Notes under the pieces: generated by a model
Told to the model about the DNA's origin: nothing
Databases searched by the model: none
The model's input: the letters and a program-made list of their open reading frames with translations, nothing else
Virus record (IMG/VR): IMGVR_UViG_3300001450_000147
Span: 1-31,503 of that record
DNA length: 31,503 bases
Source: a virus
Taxonomy: Duplodnaviria; Caudoviricetes
Reading direction: 5' to 3' (one strand)
Shown here: one piece after another, positions 1 to 8,203 of the stretch
Numbering within the stretch: the first letter of the stretch is position 1
Layout: every line of letters begins with the position of its first letter
Made by a program: the position numbers and the translations under genes

Positions 1-2109
1 TTCGGTCGTCATCGCGTCGACCTTGATGCACCAGCGGCAAAGCCTGGTCACAAGGAATACCCGTCTGCCGGTGTAATCGCTTGGCTGCTATGGGGAGGTG
101 ATCCAGCAAACCCAGACGGAGGCGGGGCTGGATGGGCTAAGCGGAAACAGAAGGAGATCGAGGCCGCCAAGGGCGGAACGAAAGGCGGTGAGGTCGCTGG
201 CCTGGTCCCAAAACTCTTAGGCACTCGCATGAGTGCCGCAGCTCGGATTGCTCTTGGCAGTCATATCCTTGAGAAGTCTGAGGATTGCGGGACTGGAGCC
301 GGTGGCTTTAAGCCTGGCAATGACTGCGCAGAAGATCATGGCAGACCCGAAGGAAGCGACACGACCAAACCAGACCAGGTCGAAACTCCTGAATTCAAGG
401 ACTGGTTCGGACAGTCCAAGGTAGCCAACTGGGACGGCACGCCGAAGGTTCAGTACCACGGAACACAAGCGGGCGAAGACTTCAGCGCATTCCGCGCACC
501 GAAGGACAGCGATCCGGTAAGCAGTGCGCTGTTTGTAGCTCCACGGGCTTGGATCGCGGAACAGTACGCTGGAGGCGAAGAAGGGAATGATGAATTCCCA
601 AAGAACGCAAGACTGATTCCAGTCTATGCGAGCATCCAGAAGCCCTATATGCTCGACAGTCTCAGTCAAGGGATCACAATCGGCGAACTCAGAGCCGAGG
701 GATATGATGGCGTCGTCGATGCTGCTGGTGGGTATTGGGCCGCGTTCGATCCCAGTCAGCTCAAGTCATCGATCGGAAACGACGGCTCATTCGATCCGAA
801 CAATCCTGATCTGACAAAGTCACAGACTAAGGCTGACAACTGCGGAACTGGGGCGGGCGGATTTTCAGAAGACAACACATGCGCAGTGGGTCACGGAGCG
901 CAGTCTTCGGACGGAGTCAACCAGGAGAAGAAGGACGAAGACCTGACCCCCGATGAGCGACTTGATGCGCACTTGCGCAACGCCGGGAACCTTCCGAACT
1001 TCATCGAGATGGTCGGAAGCGGTGAACTTACTGCTGACGACTTCCACGATTTGCAGGGATACGTTCGGGAGCAGATTGATAGAGGATATGAAACAAGGGA
1101 GGAATTCGTAGACTCTGGAGCTGAACTTGAAGGCGAACAATGGGAAGCAGCAAAGGCAGAAAGTGACTACTGGGAACAGATAGACAGCGACCTGATCAAC
1201 GAGGCCGCTGAACAAGGTTTCTACAACGTCGAGAACGGAGAATTCGAGTTTCCTTCCAAGTCAGAACCCTGGCCTGAAAAGAGGCGAGACGTTCCAGACT
1301 TCACCAAGATTCCCGAAGCAACCGAAGCAAGAAGCCGGCATTTGGCAAACACTTTCCTAGTCAAAAACATTGGCGACGAAGACAACATGGTCGACTTCCG
1401 CGAGTTTGTGAAAGACCACAATCTTGAGCTGGAGTTGCAAGGTCGAAAGGCTTCGATCCACATCGACAGTCAAGACCTTCGGGATGTGTTGTTTGACGGT
1501 AGTTTTCTTCCGTTCGGACATCCTGACGTTCCACGAAGCACGAACGCGAACACTAGCCACAGAGAACACATCGAGAGACGAATGGGCCTGGAAGGTTCTG
1601 ACTGGCATGAACGACCTGTCTACGCTGCTTTCACAAGCAACGACTGGGAAGACTTTGAAGGTGGCCATGGAAGCGCAGGCAGCTTCGGGAACGTCGAGGT
1701 CATTCTCAAGGACAGCGTGCTAAGTCGTTCCACGGTGACCTTTGGTGACAGCGGCGAAAGAATGGAAGATCCGGACTATCCCAGGTTCGACGCGCCTGAA
1801 TCGACGCACGCATATCCAGTTCCGATTTCCTACGACCGCATCATGTCAGGCAAATACTCGGAAGACGAATCGCATGCGGCCCACTCGACCAACTATATCT
1901 ATTCGCAGATGACCCAAGGAAATGACTCGGATTCTTGGACTGAAGCGCAGATCTGGGGAGGCGTGACTGTTGATGACATCGAAAGCGTGCGCATTTCTCC
2001 TGCTGCAATTGAAGAAGACAGAAAAAGAGGCGGGAGACTTTCGCGCATGCTGTCTGAAAAAGGCATTGAAGTCGAAATATCCGATGGCGACTGGAAGGGT
2101 GACTATTGA
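1..2109 (+). CDS. 5'-partial head-associated polyvalent protein (probable portal C-terminal extension): WLLWGG domain + Cys repeat + ART-PolyVal-like domain + Cys repeat + DUF3626-like domain
   Basis: Frame 1 is open from base 1 (FGRHRVDLDAPAAKPGHKEYPSAGVIAWLLWGGDP...), so the track's ATG at 229 is internal. The YPSAG.IAW.LWGG motif resembles a small domain commonly fused to phage portal/MuF proteins. 382-822: TPEFKDWFG..SKV..DG.P...YHGT...IPVY...KP...GYDGV...AAFDPSQLKS. About 1450-2090: RPVYAAF...GSFGNV...LKDSV..RSTVTFGDS...WTEAQIWGGV..DDIE (DUF3626-like). Portal identity is inferred only from its position upstream of MuF-protease-capsid. Confidence 0.7.
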   Translation, partial: FGRHRVDLDAPAAKPGHKEYPSAGVIAWLLWGGDPANPDGGGAGWAKRKQKEIEAAKGGTKGGEVAGLVPKLLGTRMSAAARIALGSHILEKSEDCGTGAGGFKPGNDCAEDHGRPEGSDTTKPDQVETPEFKDWFGQSKVANWDGTPKVQYHGTQAGEDFSAFRAPKDSDPVSSALFVAPRAWIAEQYAGGEEGNDEFPKNARLIPVYASIQKPYMLDSLSQGITIGELRAEGYDGVVDAAGGYWAAFDPSQLKSSIGNDGSFDPNNPDLTKSQTKADNCGTGAGGFSEDNTCAVGHGAQSSDGVNQEKKDEDLTPDERLDAHLRNAGNLPNFIEMVGSGELTADDFHDLQGYVREQIDRGYETREEFVDSGAELEGEQWEAAKAESDYWEQIDSDLINEAAEQGFYNVENGEFEFPSKSEPWPEKRRDVPDFTKIPEATEARSRHLANTFLVKNIGDEDNMVDFREFVKDHNLELELQGRKASIHIDSQDLRDVLFDGSFLPFGHPDVPRSTNANTSHREHIERRMGLEGSDWHERPVYAAFTSNDWEDFEGGHGSAGSFGNVEVILKDSVLSRSTVTFGDSGERMEDPDYPRFDAPESTHAYPVPISYDRIMSGKYSEDESHAAHSTNYIYSQMTQGNDSDSWTEAQIWGGVTVDDIESVRISPAAIEEDRKRGGRLSRMLSEKGIEVEISDGDWKGDY
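274..348 (+). repeat. Cys-pair peptide repeat copy 1 (KSEDCGTGAGGFKPGNDCAEDHGRP)
   Basis: In-frame translation; the DNA is near-identical to copy 5, with mostly third-position differences. Confidence 0.95.
829..897 (+). repeat. Cys-pair peptide repeat copy 2 (KADNCGTGAGGFSEDNTCAVGHG), most diverged copy
   Basis: In-frame translation; both cysteines and GTGAGGF are retained. Confidence 0.9.
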
Positions 2110-5100
2110 GAGTCCTAGCACAATCACAGCGTCGGTTCTACCTGGTCGAGACCGAAGGCGGTCGCGGGGTCATTGTGAACGTCCCAGCTCGCACGGTCTC
2201 GCGCGAGATGTCTCTCGCAGCTTTGCAGTCGATGGGAGCCAGGCGATGGGTCCAGGCCGAGGAGGGAAGCCGAACCTCGAGACTTGCGTTGTCGTTGGCT
2301 GAAGGAGGCAATAAAAAAAAGAGCCTGACGCAGAAGGCTGACAACTGCGGTACGGGTTCGGGTGGCTTCAAGCCAGGGAACGACTGTGCCGAAGGTCACG
2401 GTAGGCCAGAGGGCAGCAAGGACAAGCCGAAGACCAGGGATGAGCAGATCGCTGAGTTCCGTAGAGAGCGAGAACTCGGACCAAGGTTTGACCCAGCAAC
2501 GCATGGCAAAGACAAGCCTGTAGAAAACATGCAGGACGCAGTCGCCAAAATACGCGCCCAACCGAAAAACGTCATGAGCGGATGGTTTCGAAACGGAGAT
2601 GAAAACTACAAGCCCAGAATTGTCCGGGCGCTTTCCAAAGACCCTGAACTTCTGTCAGCTTCGCAACATGTGATGTATGACCAAGCCAAAGCCAGCGCCT
2701 TGACCAATCTGCCGAAGAGCGAATTTCTGAAGCAGCCAGTGGACTTGTATAGAGGCGGAAAACTCGGAACGCCTGGATTTGATTCCTATACCTTTGATCG
2801 CGCAGTTGCTGAAAATTTCAGCAGCGAGAGCGGCAAGCCTGTCACGGCAATATCAATCAAGCCAGAAGAAACGTATGGGATGCTGACAACGACAGGGGAG
2901 CAGGAAGTTCTTGTCCCGTCAGAGGTTTCGCTTCTTGCAAGCGGTGCAGTTGAGAAGAGTTTTGTGATCGCCAAAGCCGACAACTGCGGAACAGGTGCCG
3001 GGGGGTTCTCTGCTGGGAACGACTGCGCCGAAGGTCACGGCAGGCCGACCAAGGAGCAGATGGACGCGAAGCAGCGAGAGCAGCAGGCTTCGCCAGAGTT
3101 CAAGGAATGGTTCGGCGATTCCAAGGTCGTAGATGAGAACGGCGATCCACTGATCGTCTATCACGGAACAGCGACAGAGTTTGACACGTTCGATACAGGC
3201 ACCACGAACGCCTGGTCAGATGCTTTGGGAATTGATACCTACTTTTTCTCTAAGGACAACGCGACCGCCAGCACATATTCCGGTCAATTTGCAGAAGGCA
3301 CTATTCTGCAAACGTATGTAAGCCTCAAAAATCCTTTAGTGATTGATGACTCTTCAATCCACGAATGGACAGATGCACTATCAGAGGCAATCGACAGACT
3401 GCCAACCTACAGAACAGACGAAGAGTTCGAGTTCATGCAGGTCAGAGAGAGGTTCCAAAACGAGTTTTATGACGAACTCAATTTTGGAGATGAAGAAGAC
3501 ATACCGGCGGCAGCGCAGGAGAAGTTACGAAAAGCCAGTTCCAAGATACGAAACCACATAATGGACAATCCGGAGCTGTATCGGAATTCCAAACGTAAAC
3601 CGTTCAAGCACGACGGCGTCATTGTCAGAAACGTGCGAGACATGACATCAGTGGAACCCGATGCTGACTCGTTCAGCCCGTACACGGATGTGTATGTGGC
3701 TTTTGATCCTAGGCAGATCAAGTCAGCAACAAACAACGAAGGGGACTTTGATCCAGGCGATGCAAACATGTCCAAGTCAGCCGACAACTGCGGAACTGGA
3801 GCCGGTGGTTTCAAGCCTGGCAATGATTGCGCTGAGGGACACGGGCGGCCTTCTAGCGAGGAAATTGACAAGCAAGGACCGAAGGGACAAGACGGGAAAA
3901 ATCTAATAGACAAAGATGGCCGCCCATTGAATGTCAACCAGGATGGAACTGTGACCCTGTATTTCGCGACGACAAAGGAAGGAGAAGAATGGATTGACGA
4001 AAATGGGCTTTTGAAAGAAGGGCCACAAGACGCCGAAGTTGAACTTTTCACAAGTAGAAAAGAAGCAGCAAAGAATGGCGAGAAACTGATTGAGGTGAGA
4101 GTCGAACCAAGCAGGGTGAACCTGGTAGAGGCTGGAAGCAATGTCTTCTCGCAGGAAGGCGACCAGCCACTTCTAAAAGTTTCAGTGAAACAAGACGAAA
4201 TCATGGATCGCGACGGAATCGTCCCGTTTGGAACTCTTGACACAAGTCGGGACACCACTCGCAATCCTGGGGCTATATACGAAGATCGACCTGAAAACGT
4301 CAGCCTGAATCCGCAAGTCGAGACGGACGAGTTTCAGCAGTGGTTTGGAGACGGCCCTGTTCACAAGGACGGAAGCCCTGTTCAGTTTTATCACGGGACC
4401 AAGAAGACCTTCGATGAATTTGAAGGGTCAGCCAGGTACGAAGACGCGCCATACTTCTTGACGACTGATCCAAAGTTTGCAGGAACTTGGCCTGAAGGAA
4501 CTGGAGGGCTTAGAACTCCAGAGCCAGTCGTGCAAGAAAGAATCGAAAGGATTGCAGCAAGAGAGGAAGAGCTGTCAGAGCAGGCGACAACGAGAACAAC
4601 CGAGCGGATGGGAAGACAACCATCAGAATCAGGACCAGAGATGGATGCCTGGTATGACGCATTTAGAGAAGAGCAGTCTGCGGCAAGAGAAACACTCAGG
4701 CGAGAGACTGGTTTTGAGAGATCAGGCCAAGCCGACAGCACTATGGGCGTCCGAGTTATTCCTGTATACGCTGCTCCTCAGAAGCCGTTCTATCCGCCGA
4801 GAGATTTCAAATTAGTCGAACCTGTCATGAGGAGAATAGCCGCAGAAAGTTCTGACAAATCAATGACCAAGTGGCTTGATGAAGGGCAGCACAAGCACGG
4901 AAACTGGTTCATTTACGAGCGGCCCGAAATCATGAAGGTGCTGAAGAGGAATGGCTACGACGGAATGTGGATCACCGAGAGCCTTGGCGCTGGGCGGAGA
5001 AATCACACGACTCTCGCGCTTTGGGATCCCAAAAAAGTCAAGTCCTCTATAGCAAACGATGGGGCATATGACCCTGAAGAAACAGACATCACGAAGGCAG

Positions 5101-6008
5101 TCAAGCCTCAAGAACCAAAAACTTACGAGTGGCCTGAACCAGTCCGAAAGTATCGGCTCATGGTCGAGGGCCTGGACGACGACCTGATCCGTCACAAGTC
5201 CGAAGTGACAGACAACGGCGGAGACGCTGATCAGAACATCCGGAAGCAAGAGCGAAAGACGCCAGCACAAAAGATACGCGACTCTGTTGCTGAAGCCTTG
5301 AGGGAAGTGAACCGGCAACTGATCAACGAGCTGCCTGCAAACAAAAAAGCCGCAGGCATCACAATCATCGACGCGATGAAGATCATCAAGCGACTGAGCG
5401 GAACAAAGGGAAAGCTGCTCAAGGATTTGAGCAAGGCTTTCGCCGAGGCCGCCAAGGGTGGAAGCAATGCCGGGATCGCAAGGCTCAACGAACTGCTGAG
5501 ATCTGAAAGAGTCACCGTTGCGCAGCCTGACATCGCCAAGATTTTGGCTGAGGCTGCAAAGATTAGAGCCGAATCAATTGTCAACTCAGTCATCGACGAG
5601 ACGGTCGAGCGGTTCAAGGAAGGCGTCGAAACAGGAGAGTCGACGCAAGAAATCGCAAGAAGGCTGAGAGCCGAGAACGAAGAGATGACACCAGCCAGGG
5701 CCGAGGTGATTGCCCGAACTGAGTCGGCGGTGTCCTATCACGAGGGGCAGATCGAGGCTTGGAAGACCACGGGCTTTGTCACCAAGAAGCACTTCTTTAA
5801 GGCTGGCGGTGCTTGCCAATACTGCCAAGCCGTCGAGAACGAATTTGGTGAAGGCAAGAAATCGATACCAATTGACGAGCCGTTCGTGAGAGCTGGTTCA
5901 ACAATTGTAGGAACGAAGGGCGGAAAGATGGCCATCAAGCGCGACATGCAGGGAACTGTACACCCGAACTGTCGATGTGACTTCCTTGCAGCGGAACCTG
6001 AACTATGA
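2106..6008 (+). CDS. MuF (SPP1 gp7-like) minor head protein with multiple N-terminal ADP-ribosyltransferase-like domains
   Basis: C-terminal MuF motifs: RAEVIARTES...G...W...C.YC...HPNCRC. N-terminal cargo: R-S-E-type ART (LYRGG...DSYTFDRAVAENF...GEQEVLV, about 2520-2960), ART-PolyVal-like (about 3087-3779 and about 4310-5099), degenerate ART-like (about 3930-4190). The TTG start overlaps the upstream stop. Confidence 0.85.
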   Translation: MRVLAQSQRRFYLVETEGGRGVIVNVPARTVSREMSLAALQSMGARRWVQAEEGSRTSRLALSLAEGGNKKKSLTQKADNCGTGSGGFKPGNDCAEGHGRPEGSKDKPKTRDEQIAEFRRERELGPRFDPATHGKDKPVENMQDAVAKIRAQPKNVMSGWFRNGDENYKPRIVRALSKDPELLSASQHVMYDQAKASALTNLPKSEFLKQPVDLYRGGKLGTPGFDSYTFDRAVAENFSSESGKPVTAISIKPEETYGMLTTTGEQEVLVPSEVSLLASGAVEKSFVIAKADNCGTGAGGFSAGNDCAEGHGRPTKEQMDAKQREQQASPEFKEWFGDSKVVDENGDPLIVYHGTATEFDTFDTGTTNAWSDALGIDTYFFSKDNATASTYSGQFAEGTILQTYVSLKNPLVIDDSSIHEWTDALSEAIDRLPTYRTDEEFEFMQVRERFQNEFYDELNFGDEEDIPAAAQEKLRKASSKIRNHIMDNPELYRNSKRKPFKHDGVIVRNVRDMTSVEPDADSFSPYTDVYVAFDPRQIKSATNNEGDFDPGDANMSKSADNCGTGAGGFKPGNDCAEGHGRPSSEEIDKQGPKGQDGKNLIDKDGRPLNVNQDGTVTLYFATTKEGEEWIDENGLLKEGPQDAEVELFTSRKEAAKNGEKLIEVRVEPSRVNLVEAGSNVFSQEGDQPLLKVSVKQDEIMDRDGIVPFGTLDTSRDTTRNPGAIYEDRPENVSLNPQVETDEFQQWFGDGPVHKDGSPVQFYHGTKKTFDEFEGSARYEDAPYFLTTDPKFAGTWPEGTGGLRTPEPVVQERIERIAAREEELSEQATTRTTERMGRQPSESGPEMDAWYDAFREEQSAARETLRRETGFERSGQADSTMGVRVIPVYAAPQKPFYPPRDFKLVEPVMRRIAAESSDKSMTKWLDEGQHKHGNWFIYERPEIMKVLKRNGYDGMWITESLGAGRRNHTTLALWDPKKVKSSIANDGAYDPEETDITKAVKPQEPKTYEWPEPVRKYRLMVEGLDDDLIRHKSEVTDNGGDADQNIRKQERKTPAQKIRDSVAEALREVNRQLINELPANKKAAGITIIDAMKIIKRLSGTKGKLLKDLSKAFAEAAKGGSNAGIARLNELLRSERVTVAQPDIAKILAEAAKIRAESIVNSVIDETVERFKEGVETGESTQEIARRLRAENEEMTPARAEVIARTESAVSYHEGQIEAWKTTGFVTKKHFFKAGGACQYCQAVENEFGEGKKSIPIDEPFVRAGSTIVGTKGGKMAIKRDMQGTVHPNCRCDFLAAEPEL
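2334..2408 (+). repeat. Cys-pair peptide repeat copy 3 (KADNCGTGSGGFKPGNDCAEGHGRP)
   Basis: In-frame translation. Confidence 0.95.
2973..3047 (+). repeat. Cys-pair peptide repeat copy 4 (KADNCGTGAGGFSAGNDCAEGHGRP)
   Basis: In-frame translation. Confidence 0.95.
3774..3851 (+). repeat. Cys-pair peptide repeat copy 5 (KSADNCGTGAGGFKPGNDCAEGHGRP)
   Basis: In-frame translation. Confidence 0.95.
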
Positions 6009-6625
6009 ACAGTAAGACACTCAACGCAACACTTGAATCGGACGGCATCAAAGTTGATGCCACCATCACGACTGAATCAATTGATCGAGACGGCGAGGTT
6101 CTGATTGCCCAAGGCATGGACGCGACCGAGTTCGAAGAGAACCCGGTGCTGTTCTACAACCACGACTATTCCCAGCCAGTCGGGAAGGTCACGGCCTTGA
6201 AAAGGGGGAAGAACAAGGTGGACGCGACCATGGAGTTCGCGAAGCGTCCGGAGGGTTTCCAGGGCTCATACTTCCCCGAATTCATCGAAAGCCTGGTCAG
6301 TCAAGGAGTCGTCAAGGGAATCTCTGTCGGATTTGTTCCGAAGGAGGGTGGAGTCCGCAAGGCTTCAAAGGAAGACAAGACCAACTATGGCCAGGAAGTC
6401 AGCCAGGTCTATTCACAGTGGAAGCTGCTTGAGGTTTCGATCGCTCCTCTGCCAGCCAACGGGACCGCTTTGGTGCAAGCTGTCCGGAAGGGAATCGTCA
6501 GCCGAAGCGAGGTGACGAAGTGGATCGGAGACCCTGGGAGGAGAAGGACGATCATCGAGATCATTGTTCCAAAGATTGGCTTGCTACGCAGACTTTCAAA
6601 GTTTTTCAAGTATCAAGGACCCTGA
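6005..6625 (+). CDS. HK97-family prohead maturation protease
   Basis: Motifs DRDGE, LFYNHD (catalytic His), KGISVGF (catalytic Ser), LLEVSI.P.PAN; lies directly upstream of the capsid gene. Confidence 0.92.
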   Translation: MNSKTLNATLESDGIKVDATITTESIDRDGEVLIAQGMDATEFEENPVLFYNHDYSQPVGKVTALKRGKNKVDATMEFAKRPEGFQGSYFPEFIESLVSQGVVKGISVGFVPKEGGVRKASKEDKTNYGQEVSQVYSQWKLLEVSIAPLPANGTALVQAVRKGIVSRSEVTKWIGDPGRRRTIIEIIVPKIGLLRRLSKFFKYQGP

Positions 6626-6710
6626 ACGCAGAAGCGAAATGCTTGAGGCGAGAGGCTACAAAGATGCTGCCCGTTGTTTCAAACTATCCGCAACTCTCAA
6701 GGGGATTCCA

Positions 6711-8138
6711 ATGCGAATCGTCACGATTGATCAGGTCAAGGAAGACCTGCAAAACCTCGCCGACCAGGTCGGCGCAAAGAACTTCATCAAGGCTAAGGGC
6801 CTCTACTTCGACAAGGTCATGGTGACCGCTGAAGATGGAAGCCCGATGACCGCTGACGACCTCGAGGTCCATGTCGCTCCCAAGATGGCTGAGGAGCCGA
6901 TGGAGGACGAGGAACTCAAGGCCGCCGATCCTCTCGAAATGGAAGAAGAAGAGAAGATGGAGGAGGAAGAAGAAGAAGAGTTCAAGAAGAGCCTCCGCCG
7001 CAAGGCTCGAAAGAAGGCTTTCCAGCCGGTTCCTCGCGCAGTTCGTCCCAAGGTTTGGGGTGGTCTCAAGAACTTCAAGAATGACTCAAACGGTGACGCC
7101 GTGGACAAGGCTCTTGCCTTTGGTCACTGGCTGAACGCCCAGCGTGGCAACCGGAAGAGCATGAACTTCATTGAGTCCAAGGGACTTCATCTGAAGGCTC
7201 ACAGCGAAGGCATCAACTCTGCTGGCGGCTTCCTGGTTCCTGAAGTCTTCGAGACCGAACTCATCAGCCTCCGCGAGGAGTTTGGTGTGGCCCGACAGGA
7301 GTGTCGTGTTCGTCCCATGACGACCGATGTCCATCGCATTCCGCGACGGGCTGACACTCTGACCCCGTACTTCGTTGGCGAAGCGTCTGCGATTACGGAG
7401 TCCACCCAGTCCTTCGAACAGGTCTCTCTGATCGCCAAGAAGCTGGCTGTGCTGACCACGATCTCGAGCGAGCTGGATGAGGACTCGTTCCTCAACGTCG
7501 CCGACGATGTCGCAGGTGAAATCGCCTACGCCTTCGCCAAGCGAGAGGATGAATGTCTCTTCTTGGGTGACGGAACCAGCACCTACGGCGGCATCAACGG
7601 CCTCGTCGGTGCAATGGGTTCGGCCTCAGTCGTTGCGACTGGTGAGATGGGGGCTGACACCCTTGCAGGTGCGCAGGCCGTGATCACCGTTGAGTCGCTT
7701 ATGCGAGCAATGGCGGCACTTCCTCAGTACGCCGACAACAAGAACGCGAAGTGGTACTTCCACAAGACGGTGTATCACGATCTCGTCCAGAACCGCGCCC
7801 TCAACGCTGGAGGCGTGACTTCGACCGAGATCTTGAACGACAAGGTTGTCCCGCAGTTGTTCGGGTATCCCGTGGTCTTCTCGCAGGTTCTCCCGAACCT
7901 TTCGACCCTGACTGACACGCTTCGCATCGGCTACTTCGGAGACATGAGTTCTGCTGTGTCTTTCGGAGATCGTCGATCGACTTCGATTCAGGTCAGCGAC
8001 CAGGCAATGGATGTGTTCGAGCAGGACGAGATCGCAGTTCGCGGAACCGAACGCTTCGATATCAACTGCCACGACACCGGCAGTTCGACCGAGGCTGGCC
8101 CGCTCGTTGCACTCAACCTTCTCAACGATTCCGCCTGA
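6711..8138 (+). CDS. HK97-fold major capsid protein with N-terminal acidic scaffold (delta-like) domain
   Basis: KAHSEG..SAGGFLVPE, VGE, F.QV.L.AKKL...T.IS.EL.EDS, G.PV, FGD motifs. The start at 6711 (MRIVTIDQ) follows AAGGGGA; the track start at 6564 overlaps the protease gene. Glu-rich tract at about 6895-6980. Confidence 0.93.
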   Translation: MRIVTIDQVKEDLQNLADQVGAKNFIKAKGLYFDKVMVTAEDGSPMTADDLEVHVAPKMAEEPMEDEELKAADPLEMEEEEKMEEEEEEEFKKSLRRKARKKAFQPVPRAVRPKVWGGLKNFKNDSNGDAVDKALAFGHWLNAQRGNRKSMNFIESKGLHLKAHSEGINSAGGFLVPEVFETELISLREEFGVARQECRVRPMTTDVHRIPRRADTLTPYFVGEASAITESTQSFEQVSLIAKKLAVLTTISSELDEDSFLNVADDVAGEIAYAFAKREDECLFLGDGTSTYGGINGLVGAMGSASVVATGEMGADTLAGAQAVITVESLMRAMAALPQYADNKNAKWYFHKTVYHDLVQNRALNAGGVTSTEILNDKVVPQLFGYPVVFSQVLPNLSTLTDTLRIGYFGDMSSAVSFGDRRSTSIQVSDQAMDVFEQDEIAVRGTERFDINCHDTGSSTEAGPLVALNLLNDSA

Positions 8139-8153
8139 TCTAGGCAGACAGTA

Positions 8154-8182
8154 GGGGTGGCCGGTCAGTGGCCGGTCACCCC
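8154..8182 (+). promoter_or_regulatory. GC-rich hairpin after the capsid gene (no U-tract)
   Basis: GGGGTGGCCGGTCA..TGGCCGGTCACCCC inverted repeat, including G-U pairs. Confidence 0.55.
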
Positions 8183-8203
8183 ACACTCAAGAAAGCACTT
8201 CCC

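Noticed and set aside
274-3851. Five dispersed DNA repeats considered as a CRISPR array or DGR template/variable repeats
   Set aside because: Spacing is 500-1500 bp, the repeats are in-frame with mostly synonymous variation rather than adenine-specific changes, and no cas or reverse transcriptase gene is visible.
3467-4264. 265-aa minus-strand ORF and other antisense ORFs (e.g. 11101-11655, 23536-24210, 29196-29825)
   Set aside because: Shadow frames of well-supported plus-strand genes, with no recognisable motifs or RBS.
6564-6710. 5' extension of the capsid ORF shown in the track
   Set aside because: It overlaps the protease gene and is not protein-like; the RBS supports ATG 6711.
6895-6985. 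GAA/GAG-rich low-complexity tract
   Set aside because: Explained by the poly-Glu scaffold segment of the capsid precursor.
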